Shown here: positions 54,260 to 64,000 of the stretch, one piece after another | Layout: each line of letters opens with the position of its first letter | Numbering within the stretch: position 1 is the first letter of the stretch | Source: Vicugna vicugna | Lineage: Eukaryota | Assembly: GCA_013265495.1 (NCBI GenBank) | Contig: MU058533.1 | Span: 62,001 to 126,000 of the forward strand | Length of the DNA: 64,000 nt | Direction of reading: 5' to 3' | Notes under the pieces: generated by a model | Databases searched by the model: none | Told to the model about the DNA's origin: nothing | The model's input: only the letters and a program-made list of their open reading frames with translations | Program-made: the position numbers and the translations under genes

Positions 54260-57200
54260 GTGGGTTAGAAGGCAGAGGCCTGGGGCCAGGACTCTCATTT
54301 CAGCAAAAGTATACTGCTGTCCCTTTTCGTCCAGCCCTGTACAGGGTGAGGCTGGATCCAGGGGGACTCAGTCTCAATGAATCTTCAGTCTGGGGACACG
54401 GATGCTCCCAGCCCCATAGGATGAGGGCACGAGTTGGGGGGAAGAAACTGGGGACAGAAGAATGAAAACCAGAGGGGACATAGGACAGGAGGAAGAAGAA
54501 TTTTACTTGATGGTGAAGCAGGAAGGGACATTTTAGGCAAAGAGAAGAAAATAGTTACAGCGGGATTACTGTGTGAGCTGTCTGGAGAGGAACCTGGATT
54601 CTAGCAGACAGCAGAGTGTGAGGATTAAGTCTTTCTGTGTTCAAATCGTGCCTCTGTCACTTCCTAGCTGTGTGATCTTAGGTGAGTAATTTTACCTCTT
54701 CATGCTCATAGGGTCCTTGTGAAGATTAAATAGATTCAGTTATATAAGGCACCTAGAATAGTGCCTGGCACATAGTAAATGTTTAATAAATGTCAATTAT
54801 TATTCAACAACACACCCAGCTCTAAGCCCAGCAATCCTAGGTTCTATGTTCTCCACAAGGCAATCTTACAATGCCAACGTGGCCATGTCTCTTTCTCTCT
54901 CCCCTGCTCATGAACCTGCCATGGTTCCCCAGTGCTCACTGATAGTCTACACTCCTTAACCCATTGTCTGTGCCTCAGTTTCCTCACCTATACGGGGACG
55001 GGGTAGAACATCACAAGGTTGTCCAGTGGAGGCTTGTGGCATTGAGCAGATGTAGGAGCAGCGGGGGGGGGGTGCTCAGAAACAGGTGGTACTGGGCTGC
55101 TGGGCTAACGCCATCCCTCCTCCTGCAGCAACCATGCCCCTGCTCATGGACTCCGTCATCCAGGCCCTGGCTGAGCTCGAGCAGAAGGCACCAGCCACAG
55201 AGGCCAGCTACACTGCCTCTTCATGGCTGTTGTCAGCCCAGGACTCAGGCTCCCACAATCCCCTCCGTCGCTTCCTGCTGGAGGGGCAGACCCTCAAGAC
55301 CATCAAGCTGGATCTGCCTTCACTGAGCCCAGAGCTTCAGGGCCTGATTGAGGAGGTGGCCAGACACAGTGTGCAAGATGGGAAGGAATACGGGGTGGTG
55401 CTGGCACCCGATGGCTCAACGGTGGCTGTGGAGCCCCTTCTGGCAGGGCTGGAGGCAGGGCTACAGGGGCCTAGGGTTGTAAACCTGCCCTTGGACAGCA
55501 CAGCTACCCCTCCAGATGCTGAAACCACCTTTCCAGACATTGGAGCCATGGTTCCTGATGTAAGAGCCACCTCCCCAGGACTCAGGGGTGTCTCTCCCGA
55601 TGCCACTTTTGCAGATGTTGGAGCCATGTCTCCAAATGATAGAGCCGCAGATCTAGATGTAGGAGATATCTCACCCGATATTAGACCTGACCAAGCCTCC
55701 TCGCCAGATACTAAAGCCAACCCCCCGACCACCGTAGACAGCCTCCTTGTGGTCACCCTGGCCAGAGACTTGGGCCTGAACTTCCTCCAGGGCCCCCACA
55801 CTCAGAGCCATTCAGAATTGGGAACTGAGGGCTGCTGGGACCAGCTCTCTGTTCCCCGGACCTTCACGCTCCTGGACCCTGAGGCATCACCCCTCACCAC
55901 CGCCTTCCTCAATGGTGCCCTGGATGGGGCCCTCCTCGGAGACTACTTGAGCCAGGCCCCAGAGCCCCGGCCACCCCTCAGTCACCTGCTGAGCCAGTAC
56001 TATGGAGCCGGGGTAGCTGGAGACCCAGGACTTCGCAGCAACTTCCGACGGCAGAACGGAGCTGCTCTGACTTTGGCCCCTGCTCTGATCCAGCAGGTAT
56101 GGGGGGCCCTCATCCTGCTACAGAGGCTGGAGCCAGTACACACTCAGCTGCAGGGAATGAGCCAAGAACAGCTGGCGCAGGTGGCCACCCATGCTACCAA
56201 GGAGTTCACTGAGGCCTTCCTAGGTGAGAAGGGTCCCCACCCGCTGTGATGCTCCTTCTCACGGATACCGACGTTCTTAGTGCAGATAGGTCAGGGGGAT
56301 CTAGGACTGGTGGATTCCAGAGCCGGCAGTAAGGGCTTTGGCTAGGAGGCCATCAGGACTAGGATGCTGTTGGATACAGTTAAGTTAGATCCCAGTGGGG
56401 GCCAGTGTCGTCCTGAGATTGAACTGTCCCCAAATCTGGGAGGAAGCTGGAGGGATGGTCCTTATGTGCGCTCTACTGCGGAAGCAGGAGGCAGGCAGAG
56501 AAACGCTTGCTGACCCACGCCCTGGACTTCCTTCCCCGCAGGGTGCCCGGCCATCCTCCCGCGTTGCCGCTGGGGCGCGGCGCCGTATCGGGGCCGCCCG
56601 ACGCCGCTGCATCTGCCGCTCGCGTTCTTGTATGTACATCACACATACGTGCCCGCGCCACCTTGCACGGACTTCCTGCGCTGTGCCGCCAACATGCGCT
56701 CTATGCAGCTCTTCCACCAGGATACGCGCGGCTGGGACGATATCGGCTACAGGTAGGTGGGAACCCGCCTCCAGGGCGCTCGCAGCGGGGAAGATGTGTT
56801 GGTGCGCGGGTAGAGCCCTGGTGGGCGGAGCCTGACGCAGAGGGCCGGGTTTGGGCAGGAGCAAAGCTGGCAAAAAGGGGGAGAGGTTTGGGCTGGGTGG
56901 AGCCAAGGTGGTGAGGGGGCGTGTCCTCGACTACAACTGGGGCCTTCAAAGGGACCAGAAATAGCTGAACAGTGGGACTCTTGAGCCCGGGGTGGGAACT
57001 TGGGAAGGAGTCTGGCTTGTGAGAGGAGCAGGAGTTTGGTAGGGGCTGGGTCTGGGACGGAGCAGTGATGGAATATGACTAAAACGGAAAAGAGCTCTGA
57101 ATTGGTTAGGAGCTGAACTTGAGACAATGAGAAGAGGACTGGACAGAAAGGGACATAGCCAATGTTGAGGGGCAGATCCAGAGAAATGGGACGGTTTCTG

Positions 57201-58529
57201 GGGTGGCATTTGGTGGCAGAGTGAGTGGAACAAGGCTGGACGGGGTAGTCAGTGCGACCTCGCGGAACTTGGGGTGGCGCCCTTGGCACAGGTGTGGAAA
57301 CTGGAGTAGAAGGCCGAATGAGGAGCCGGGCCTCCCTCACGGAGCGAGCCAAGCGCGTCACTCACTCCCTCAGGAGTGACGCCAGCTTCCCTCTCGCCTC
57401 CGCAGTTTCGTGGTGGGCTCAGACGGCTACGTGTATGAGGGCCGCGGCTGGTACTGGGTGGGTGCACACACCCGCGGCTACAACTCCCGCGGCTTCGGCG
57501 TGGCCTTAATAGGCAACTACACCGCGGAGCTGCCGGCCGATTCCGCGCTGCGCGTGGTGCGTGACGAGCTCCCGCGCTGCGCTGTGCGCGCTGGCCTCCT
57601 GCGGCCAGACTACATGATGCTCGGCCACCGCCAGCTCGTGCACACAGACTGCCCTGGAGAAGCGCTTTTCAACCTGCTGCGTACGTGGCCACACTTCAAC
57701 ACGGTGAGCCTCCATGCCTGTACTACCTCGACCTGCGACTCATCTGTCCACACAAGCCTCAGGGCGGCCCCTGACCCCTGACTGCCCGCCTAACCTTGGC
57801 AAGCCCCTGATGCATTCCTGTAACCCTGTGCCCACAGCCTCGGCCAGGCCCCTGAACTCCTTTGCAGCCCGTCTACTCAGGCAGTCGAGTCCCAGACTTC
57901 AGTCATTCTGCTCGAAACATAGCCTACCCACTCTGCCCTTCTGCCTGCACAACCTCATCCCAGACACCCAACCCTGCCCTCACCCCTGTCTGCTACCCAA
58001 AGGCTCCCTGTACACACAACACTGACCCAGCCTGTGACCCTCTACAGAAAACCCCTTTGCCTGCTCAACCTCTGTCCAGCCACTAACCCTGTGTTATAGT
58101 CCTCTGCCCAGACCATCTCAGCCCTGAGGATGTTTGCTCAGTCCCAGCCTCCCTGACTCCTGATGACAACTCTTATGCTGGAGCAATCTAGGCCCAGTCA
58201 ACACAATCTCAGCCTGACGACCCCACCCAACCCCTGACCTTGATCATCAAAACACCTCTATAAGCACCCCTGTACAATCTGGTGGTGCTACCTTCCCACT
58301 GCCTCTCTGTTTCATTAAGCTAACCTGCAGTTGGAGATGTACCCACTCCCTCACTTTGGGCCCCTGTCCTCTTATCCACCCAGGGTCCCATAACGAAGAA
58401 GGCAGACCCAGCCCCACTACCTCCCACCAAACCTCACACTCCCTTGTCTTTTTTTAGAATGTGAAACCAAGAACTACCCGGAGGGCCTCCAGAAGATCCA
58501 AGAGGAAGCCACCTCCAATGACCCTCTAG
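54196..58529 (+). CDS. PGLYRP2: Peptidoglycan recognition protein 2 / N-acetylmuramoyl-L-alanine amidase, complete spliced CDS, 5 exons, 579 aa
   Basis: Exons of 64+1095+211+298+72 = 1740 nt with consistent phases. Signal peptide, PLLMDSVIQALAELEQK and a PGRP/amidase domain with YVHHT, GWDDIGYSF, GHRQL and TDCPG (Zn-binding/catalytic H, Y, H, C present). Confidence 0.97.
55129..56223 (+). CDS. PGLYRP2: PGLYRP2 exon 2
   Basis: ctaac branch point and cctgcag acceptor; ATMPLLMDS...KEFTEAFL; donor gtgaga. Confidence 0.96.
56542..56752 (+). CDS. PGLYRP2: PGLYRP2 exon 3
   Basis: GCPAILPRCRWGAAPY...FLYVHHTYVPAPPCTDFLRCAANMRSMQLFHQDTRGWDDIGYS; 211 nt. Confidence 0.96.
57406..57703 (+). CDS. PGLYRP2: PGLYRP2 exon 4
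   Basis: FVVGSDGYVYEGRGWYWVGAHT...GHRQLVHTDCPGEALFNLLRTWPHFNT; 298 nt. Confidence 0.96.
58458..58529 (+). CDS. PGLYRP2: PGLYRP2 exon 5, coding part
   Basis: ttttttag acceptor; basic tail NVKPRTTRRASRRSKRKPPPMTL*, similar to human TVKPRPARSVSKRSRREPPPRTL... Confidence 0.9.
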   Translation, partial: NVKPRTTRRASRRSKRKPPPMTL

Positions 58530-58559
58530 TCACAGACTTCCAATGAAGAGACCATGGGA

Positions 58560-58771
58560 GATTTGGAAATATTAACTACTATATGTAAAATAAATAAAAA
58601 ACAAATTTCTTCTGTATAATGAGGGAACTATATTCAATATCTTGTAGTAACCTATAATAAAAAAGAATATGAAAAGGAATATATATGTATATGTACGACT
58701 GAAACATTATGCTGTACACCAGAAATTGACACATTGTAACTGACTATACTTTAATTGTAAAAGAGAGTAAG
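58560..58771 (+). mobile_element. 5'-truncated L1 3' end inside the PGLYRP2 3' UTR
   Basis: Homologous to 35775-35990; 13-bp TSD agagaccatggga at 58547-58559 and 58772-58784. Confidence 0.88.
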
Positions 58772-60179
58772 AGAGACCATGGGAAGAACATCTGTGTCCA
58801 TGCATCTTCTGCATTCACACTTTCTATCTTAGCTTGGCCCAGAAGCAGCCCATGGGGCAAGAATCCCAGTGCAAGTAGTTTGTCTGGGTGGTGATCCCAG
58901 AACGTCTCAGCTGGGGAACAAGGAAACGACACAGGGAGCAGAAGGCAGCTGAGAAAGGGTGCTTTATCAGGCATGTTGCTATGGGAGGCACGTGGCGCTC
59001 AATCCCACTGAGGACTTCTTGGGGATAGAATCAGGCATGCACCTCAGAGTCATCCCACCCGAAGGGCAAGGGAGCTGGAATATTGATCGTCCAACCTCCA
59101 TACTCATTGGCTGAGGGCTGCTTTCGGGGAGGTGTTATTTTGCTGGCACTTTGGGGCTGTTTGTTGCAGGGGCAGTGCGGACCCCATCTATTTCAGCAAG
59201 TCCTCCAGCAAAAAATGCAGGGAGTTGGGAGTGGGGCCAGTATGCAGTGAGGTGGTAAAGGCTCCAAGATATGGCAGCACACAGGGAGACTACCTGTGTG
59301 TGCACTGAGTGGACTGAGTGTGGTATGAATGACTGGGCATATCCAAGGTGTGTGCACCTGTGTGAACACAGCCAGCTCCAGGAGAAGGGTTTTTCTCCCT
59401 TACTGAAGGCTCGCTTCATCAGGACAGGTTATAGAATGTTCGAGGCCCAGTGCAAAACGAAAATTCAGGGCCCCTTGTCCAAAAAACAAGAAATTCAAGA
59501 CAGCAACAGCAGAGCATTAAATCAAGTGCAGTGCAGAGCCCTTCTGAGCATGGGGTCCTGTGTGACCACAAAGGTCACATGCCCATGAAGGCAGTCCTAC
59601 CCACCCCACCCCATGGCTTCTGGTCACCCTTGCCTTTGCATCAACTATTCCTTCTACCTGGCACACTTGTCCCATGACCAGCTCCTTCTCATGCTTTAGG
59701 TCACAAATTCCACCTCCTCAGGGAGGCTCTCCTGGATTTTTTCAGCTCAAAATGCAGCCTCTATTCCAGCCTGTCTCTTCTCTTCCAAGTACTCCTCACC
59801 AGCTAAAAATATCCTGCACTCATATTCAGGATTTGTCTCCTTCGCTGGACTGTGAACTCCAGGAGGGCAGGAACCAAGTTTGTTTAGTTCCCCGTGGCTT
59901 CTCTAGCACCTAGCACACAGTAGGCATTCAGGAAACATTTTGAACAAAGGCTCCCATTATGAACATTCTGAAACCGATATTATCGTCTTGTACAAATAAG
60001 GAAACCGAGGCTCAGAGAGAGGAAGTGAGTTGCCTGAGGTCACCTAGTGAGGGAGCAGCAGCTGGCACTCAAACCCACCCTTGGACCAGTGGGCCAGAGT
60101 TCATTCTACTGACTCTCGTGTTAACTCACTTATTCCTCAAAACAGCATTGGGCCGCCTCTTTTTTCAAGTAAGTACTTT

Positions 60180-60800
60180 CTGAAGCATAACAGAGAGACA
60201 GGAAAGGGCACCAAAATGTACAGCTCAATGAATTTTCACAGCAGAACACACCCATGTAACCAGCACCCAGCTTAAGAAAAAAAAAGATGTTAAAATTTAT
60301 ATTGTGTGAATTTCCCCTCAATTGAAAACACCATGATCAGCTCTCAGAAGCCTCCCTCAGGCTCTCCCACTCTGTCCCCAAGCCCTAGCCCCTCCAAAGA
60401 AAACCAGTACCCGGACTTGTTATACACAGTTTTGCCTGCTTCGGAACTTCATATAAATGGAACTGCACTGTTTTACTCTTCATTGTTTGTGTGGGTTTTT
60501 TTCTCAGCATTGTTTGTGATTCATCTGAGTTCAATCATTTTCACTGCTGCATGATATTCTACTGTGTGAAGAAACCACAATTTATCCATTCTACAACAGA
60601 TGTACACTTGGGTTATTTCCAGTTTGGGGGCTACTATGAGTAGCACTGGTGGGCATGTCTATTGGGTACATACCCAGCAGTGGCACTGCTGGGTCAGAGG
60701 AGAGGTGAACAGTCAATGGTCATATATCACGCCAGTTTTCCAGCTTGGATGAATTGGTCTACACTCTGACCAGCAGCAGATGAGAGTTCCAGCATTTGGT
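60180..60800 (-). mobile_element. Old L1ME-like fragment, antisense
   Basis: gtacagctcaatgaattttcaca..., ttatccattct...ttgggttatttccagttt. Confidence 0.7.
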
Positions 60801-60944
60801 CAGTGTGAACACATTTCACAGAGAAGGCACCTGAGGCTCAGAGAGGGGCATGTGCTGCCTCCTGGGCAGCGAGAGATTCTGGGTCCTGCTCTGTCACCTC
60901 CTCTCCTCTCGCATCCTGCCCCAACTGTGTCCTCCCAGCCTGGC

Positions 60945-61055
60945 TGTGGAGGGGCGGGGGTGGGACAGACAGGGTCACGTGGAGTTGCATTTAGCCAGAG
61001 GAAGCCAGGCAGGGTGCAGACGGCTGCTGATTCTGGGGCTGGTCAGGAAATCAAG
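60945..61055 (+). promoter_or_regulatory. RASAL3: RASAL3 promoter and short non-coding exon 1
   Basis: GC box 60951-60960; E-box CACGTG 60976-60981; ETS-like GAGGAAG 60998-61004; strong donor AAG|gtaaga at 61055/61056. Confidence 0.65.
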
Positions 61056-61197
61056 GTAAGAGAGGGAGGGAATTTGGCCCCCAAGGGGGTTCCCTAGTGG
61101 TAGAGCTGAGAGTGAGGAGGGGGCCAAAATGCAGACAGCATGTGGGCAGACACCAGGCAGAATTTTCACCTTCTCATCCTCCAGGAGAATCCCCACC

Positions 61198-61519
61198 ATG
61201 GACTCACACTCACCGAGCCAGGCCTCCCAAACCCAGCCTGCAGCCTCAACCCCGCTAACCTCCTACCGCTGGCACTCAGCGGGTGGTGGTGAGAAGGGGG
61301 CTGGAGGGTTCCGCTGGGGCCGCCTTGCAGGCTGGGGGAGGGCGCTGAGCCACCAGGAGCCCTCAGTCAGCAGCCAGCCGGCCCCTCGCTCGCTGTTTCG
61401 TCGTGTCCTCTCTGCGCCCCCAAAAGAGTCCCGCACAAGCCGCCTCCGAATATCCAAGACCCTCTGGGGGAGGCATAAGAGCCCACCGCTGGAATCGGAG
61501 CCAGAGCCAGAGGCCCCAG
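61198..61519 (+). CDS. RASAL3: RASAL3 first coding exon (exon starts at 61185)
   Basis: ctccag acceptor ending at 61184; CCACCATGG Kozak; donor gtacgt. Confidence 0.94.
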
Positions 61520-63817
61520 GTACGTGGCCCCCCGACCCAGGTTGGGAGGCCCAGGTTTTGTCTGCCTCAGGAGCATCAGCCTTACAGACACAGGAAATTG
61601 TGGGGAGCTCAGAAACCTAACAGGAAGTGACTGGGGCCCAACTGGCTGCCCTCTTCCCTCTTTCCCCCTCACCCAGGGCCTGGGTATGGTGGGAGTGGCC
61701 AGGGACCTGTGGGCTGGTGGTCCAGCCTGGGGAAGGAACAGGGAATAGACGGATGATAGCACTGTCTGGATGCCAAATGGCCCCTGGCCCCCATAGGTCT
61801 CTCCTCACATTCAATGGCCCAGGTTTATCATCTCCTGCCTGGATATCCATCTCTGCTGCCTCCTGCCCTCCAGCCGCCACATCTTAGTTTCTTCACTTCT
61901 TTGAGCCTCAGTTTCCCCATAAGTTAAATGGGAATCGTGATTCCCACCTTGAAGGGTATTTAATTTCATTCACTCATTCATTCAGTCAGAGATCTGTGAG
62001 CATTTACTGTTCCAGACCTGCCCTGATTTAGGCACTGAGGGACACAGCAGTGAATAAAACAGATTAAACTGCCTGCCCTATGGTGCTCATAATGTAGTGG
62101 GTGTGACAGTAAACAAGTAAACAAGAAAAAGACACATAGAGATATCTAGAAGAGTAAAAAAACATCATGATGATTGGAGATCACGAAGATAGCACTGGCC
62201 TCAGGACCCAGCACATTTTATGTGATCTGTTAACAAGTGGGAATTATCCCTCATTGATTCCTCTGGTGGTGAAATGATAGAACAGACAGGTAATTTGAGA
62301 GGGTTGATTCAGCCCTTCTATTCCTGGAAGCTTATTTAATTCTCATCATTTGTATTCTCATTTTGCAAAAGCATCCCTTCAGCCAACCTCCAGGGTATCA
62401 GGTATTGCTCACTCCTTAGGATCTGGTGAGAGCTCTCTAATAAGCAGACCTTCTCCTCCCCTGCTCAAACACCTCCCATGACTACCCAGTACCTCCAGGA
62501 TAAAACTCCAGCTCCTCTGACACCCAAGGCCCTGCACTAATATCTTCCCTCCAGCCTCCAAGCCCTCCAAGCCCTTTCCACATTTCCCTTTATTTCCCTG
62601 GGCCATGCCATGTGCCATCTCCCAGACTTTGCTCAAGTTACTCTTGCCTCCATATGCTCCACCTCTGTTTGTCAAAATCCAATCTGCTGTCCAAGACCCA
62701 GTGTACACTTGCTCTCTCTGGAAAACCTTCCCTGACCCACTGCACCAACACCTCTCCTAACCCTGCCCTTTTTCTGTTCCTTACTCAAACTTTGAATACT
62801 CTTCCCTTTAGACTAGTTTGTTATGTAAGGAACCAAGGCTGCTGTCCTTTTTTTTAACCTTTTGGACTTACCCACTGTCTTGGCTAAGAGAAGAATGCTT
62901 GTGTCTGAAGCCCGGCTCAACTACTCACAAGCTGTGTGACCTTGGGCAAGTCACTCAACCTCTGTGGGTTTTCAGTTTTCTTCTTGGGAAATAGGGGTTA
63001 TAATAACCCTTTGAATGACTTTTGGAGGATTAAATGAGAGAAGGCATATGGAGTGGTAAACAAAGTACAGGGCACATGGTTGGTGGGGCTGTGTCCTCTA
63101 CCCACTGCTGGTGAGGACAAGGCCCAGAGAGGGGTGCAGGCTCACCCAAACAATAGCCTGACATGGCTGCTGAGGGGTTGGGGGTAGGGGAGGAGGTGAG
63201 CCTTGGTGAGTGGAGAGGTTGTTCTGAGGAAGAGGAAAGGATTACCAGGTCCCAGCACCTCCTTCTCTACCCAGAGCCGGAGCCAGAGCCGGAGCCCCCT
63301 GCCCCACAGATCCCAGAGGCCCCCACACCCGACATGCCTGTCTGGAACATTGGGGCCTTTGCCCTACTTGATGGGAGGCTGGTGCTGCTTGGGGGTGAGG
63401 AGGAGGTAAGAGGGGGCACACGGGTAAGAGGAGGGAAGGAGAGGAAGGGAGAGGGAAAGACAGTGGGAAGGGGGATGAGAGGGAGGATACCAGAAAGGTG
63501 TCTGCCTCTCCCTGGGTCTGCCTGCCTGCCTCCCCTTTCTGACCACCCACTCCTGTGGGGAACAGGGTGCTCGCCGGCCCCGGATGGGGAGCGCTAGCTC
63601 TGAGGGCAGCATCCAGGTGGCCTTGGGGAACCTCAGGGATCCAGGTAAGCTTGAGAGGTGGGGAGGGCAGGGGCATTTGGGAACCTGTCAAGGTGAGGCA
63701 GAATCCAAGATGATCCCACCCTCCCCCTCAACTTTACACCCCTGATCACCCACAGATCGGATCTCTGGAAAAACTGAGTCAGAAGCTGCTGGCCCCAACC
63801 AGGTCCACAACATTCGG
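61198..63817 (+). CDS. RASAL3: RAS protein activator like 3, 5' partial (first four coding exons; continues beyond the window)
   Basis: MDSHSPSQASQTQP...SYRWH...RWGRLAGWGRALSHQEP...FRRVLSAPPKESRTSRL matches the recalled RASAL3 N-terminus; exon phases consistent; synteny. Confidence 0.95.
63275..63405 (+). CDS. RASAL3: RASAL3 second coding exon
   Basis: EPEPEPEPPAPQIPEAPTPDMPVWNIGAFALLDGRLVLLGGEEE; donor gtaaga. Confidence 0.93.
63566..63644 (+). CDS. RASAL3: RASAL3 third coding exon
   Basis: GARRPRMGSASSEGSIQVALGNLRDP; donor gtaagc. Confidence 0.92.
63756..63817 (+). CDS. RASAL3: RASAL3 fourth coding exon
   Basis: DRISGKTESEAAGPNQVHNIR; donor gtgagg. Confidence 0.92.
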
Positions 63818-64000
63818 GTGAGGCATCCAGTGGGGGTGGTGGAGAGGAGAGCAAAGACTTCCAGACCCTAAGAGAGGAAGGGGGACTCTTCCTGGGTGAT
63901 CTTGGGCAGGTCACTGACCCTCTCTGGGCCACAGTGTCCCTATTTGTCAAATGGAGCCAATGAGAGAAGCTCTTTTGGGGGCTGTTTATGAGAAGTCCAC

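Noticed and set aside
55337..55801. 154-aa antisense ORF inside PGLYRP2 exon 2
   Set aside because: An expected shadow ORF of GC-rich coding sequence; no recognisable domain.
56929..56942. GACTACAACT, a partial ZNF143/THAP11-type motif in PGLYRP2 intron 3
   Set aside because: It lacks the TCCC half; not enough to call an internal promoter.
56385..57361. Several long overlapping ORFs around PGLYRP2 exon 3
   Set aside because: Stop-poor CpG-rich sequence. The true frame is fixed by the splice sites and PGRP homology.

Overview
This is mammalian genomic DNA, almost certainly from a camelid: it carries 14 copies of a tRNA-Ala-derived Vic-1-like SINE. It is syntenic, in reverse orientation, to the human 19p13.12 RASAL3-PGLYRP2-CYP4F22 block. 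It contains (1) a complete, intact CYP4F22 on the minus strand (two inferred non-coding exons, 12 coding exons, 1596-nt CDS, 531 aa), (2) a complete PGLYRP2 on the plus strand (5 exons, 1740-nt CDS, 579 aa, amidase residues intact) and (3) the 5' part of RASAL3 on the plus strand. The rest is mostly L1, MLT/ERVL LTR, MIR/L2-like, hAT and SINE repeats. I found no CRISPR array, no true RNA gene and no clear new multi-gene system. The most notable unexplained features are: a remodelled PGLYRP2 3' end (1-nt frameshift plus a TSD-bounded L1 that brings AATAAA signals); a three-frame uORF cassette with an alternative donor in CYP4F22 exon 2; inverted SINEs flanking CYP4F22 exon 8; Tyr at CYP4F22 position 436, a human ichthyosis site; a ~30-bp-period CCAAT array next to exon-like islands in the divergent intergenic region; an L1 insertion with a non-L1 5' segment; and a ~21-bp C-rich tandem array in the CYP4F22 3' UTR. 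Comparisons with human sequences and repeat family names are from memory and were not computed.
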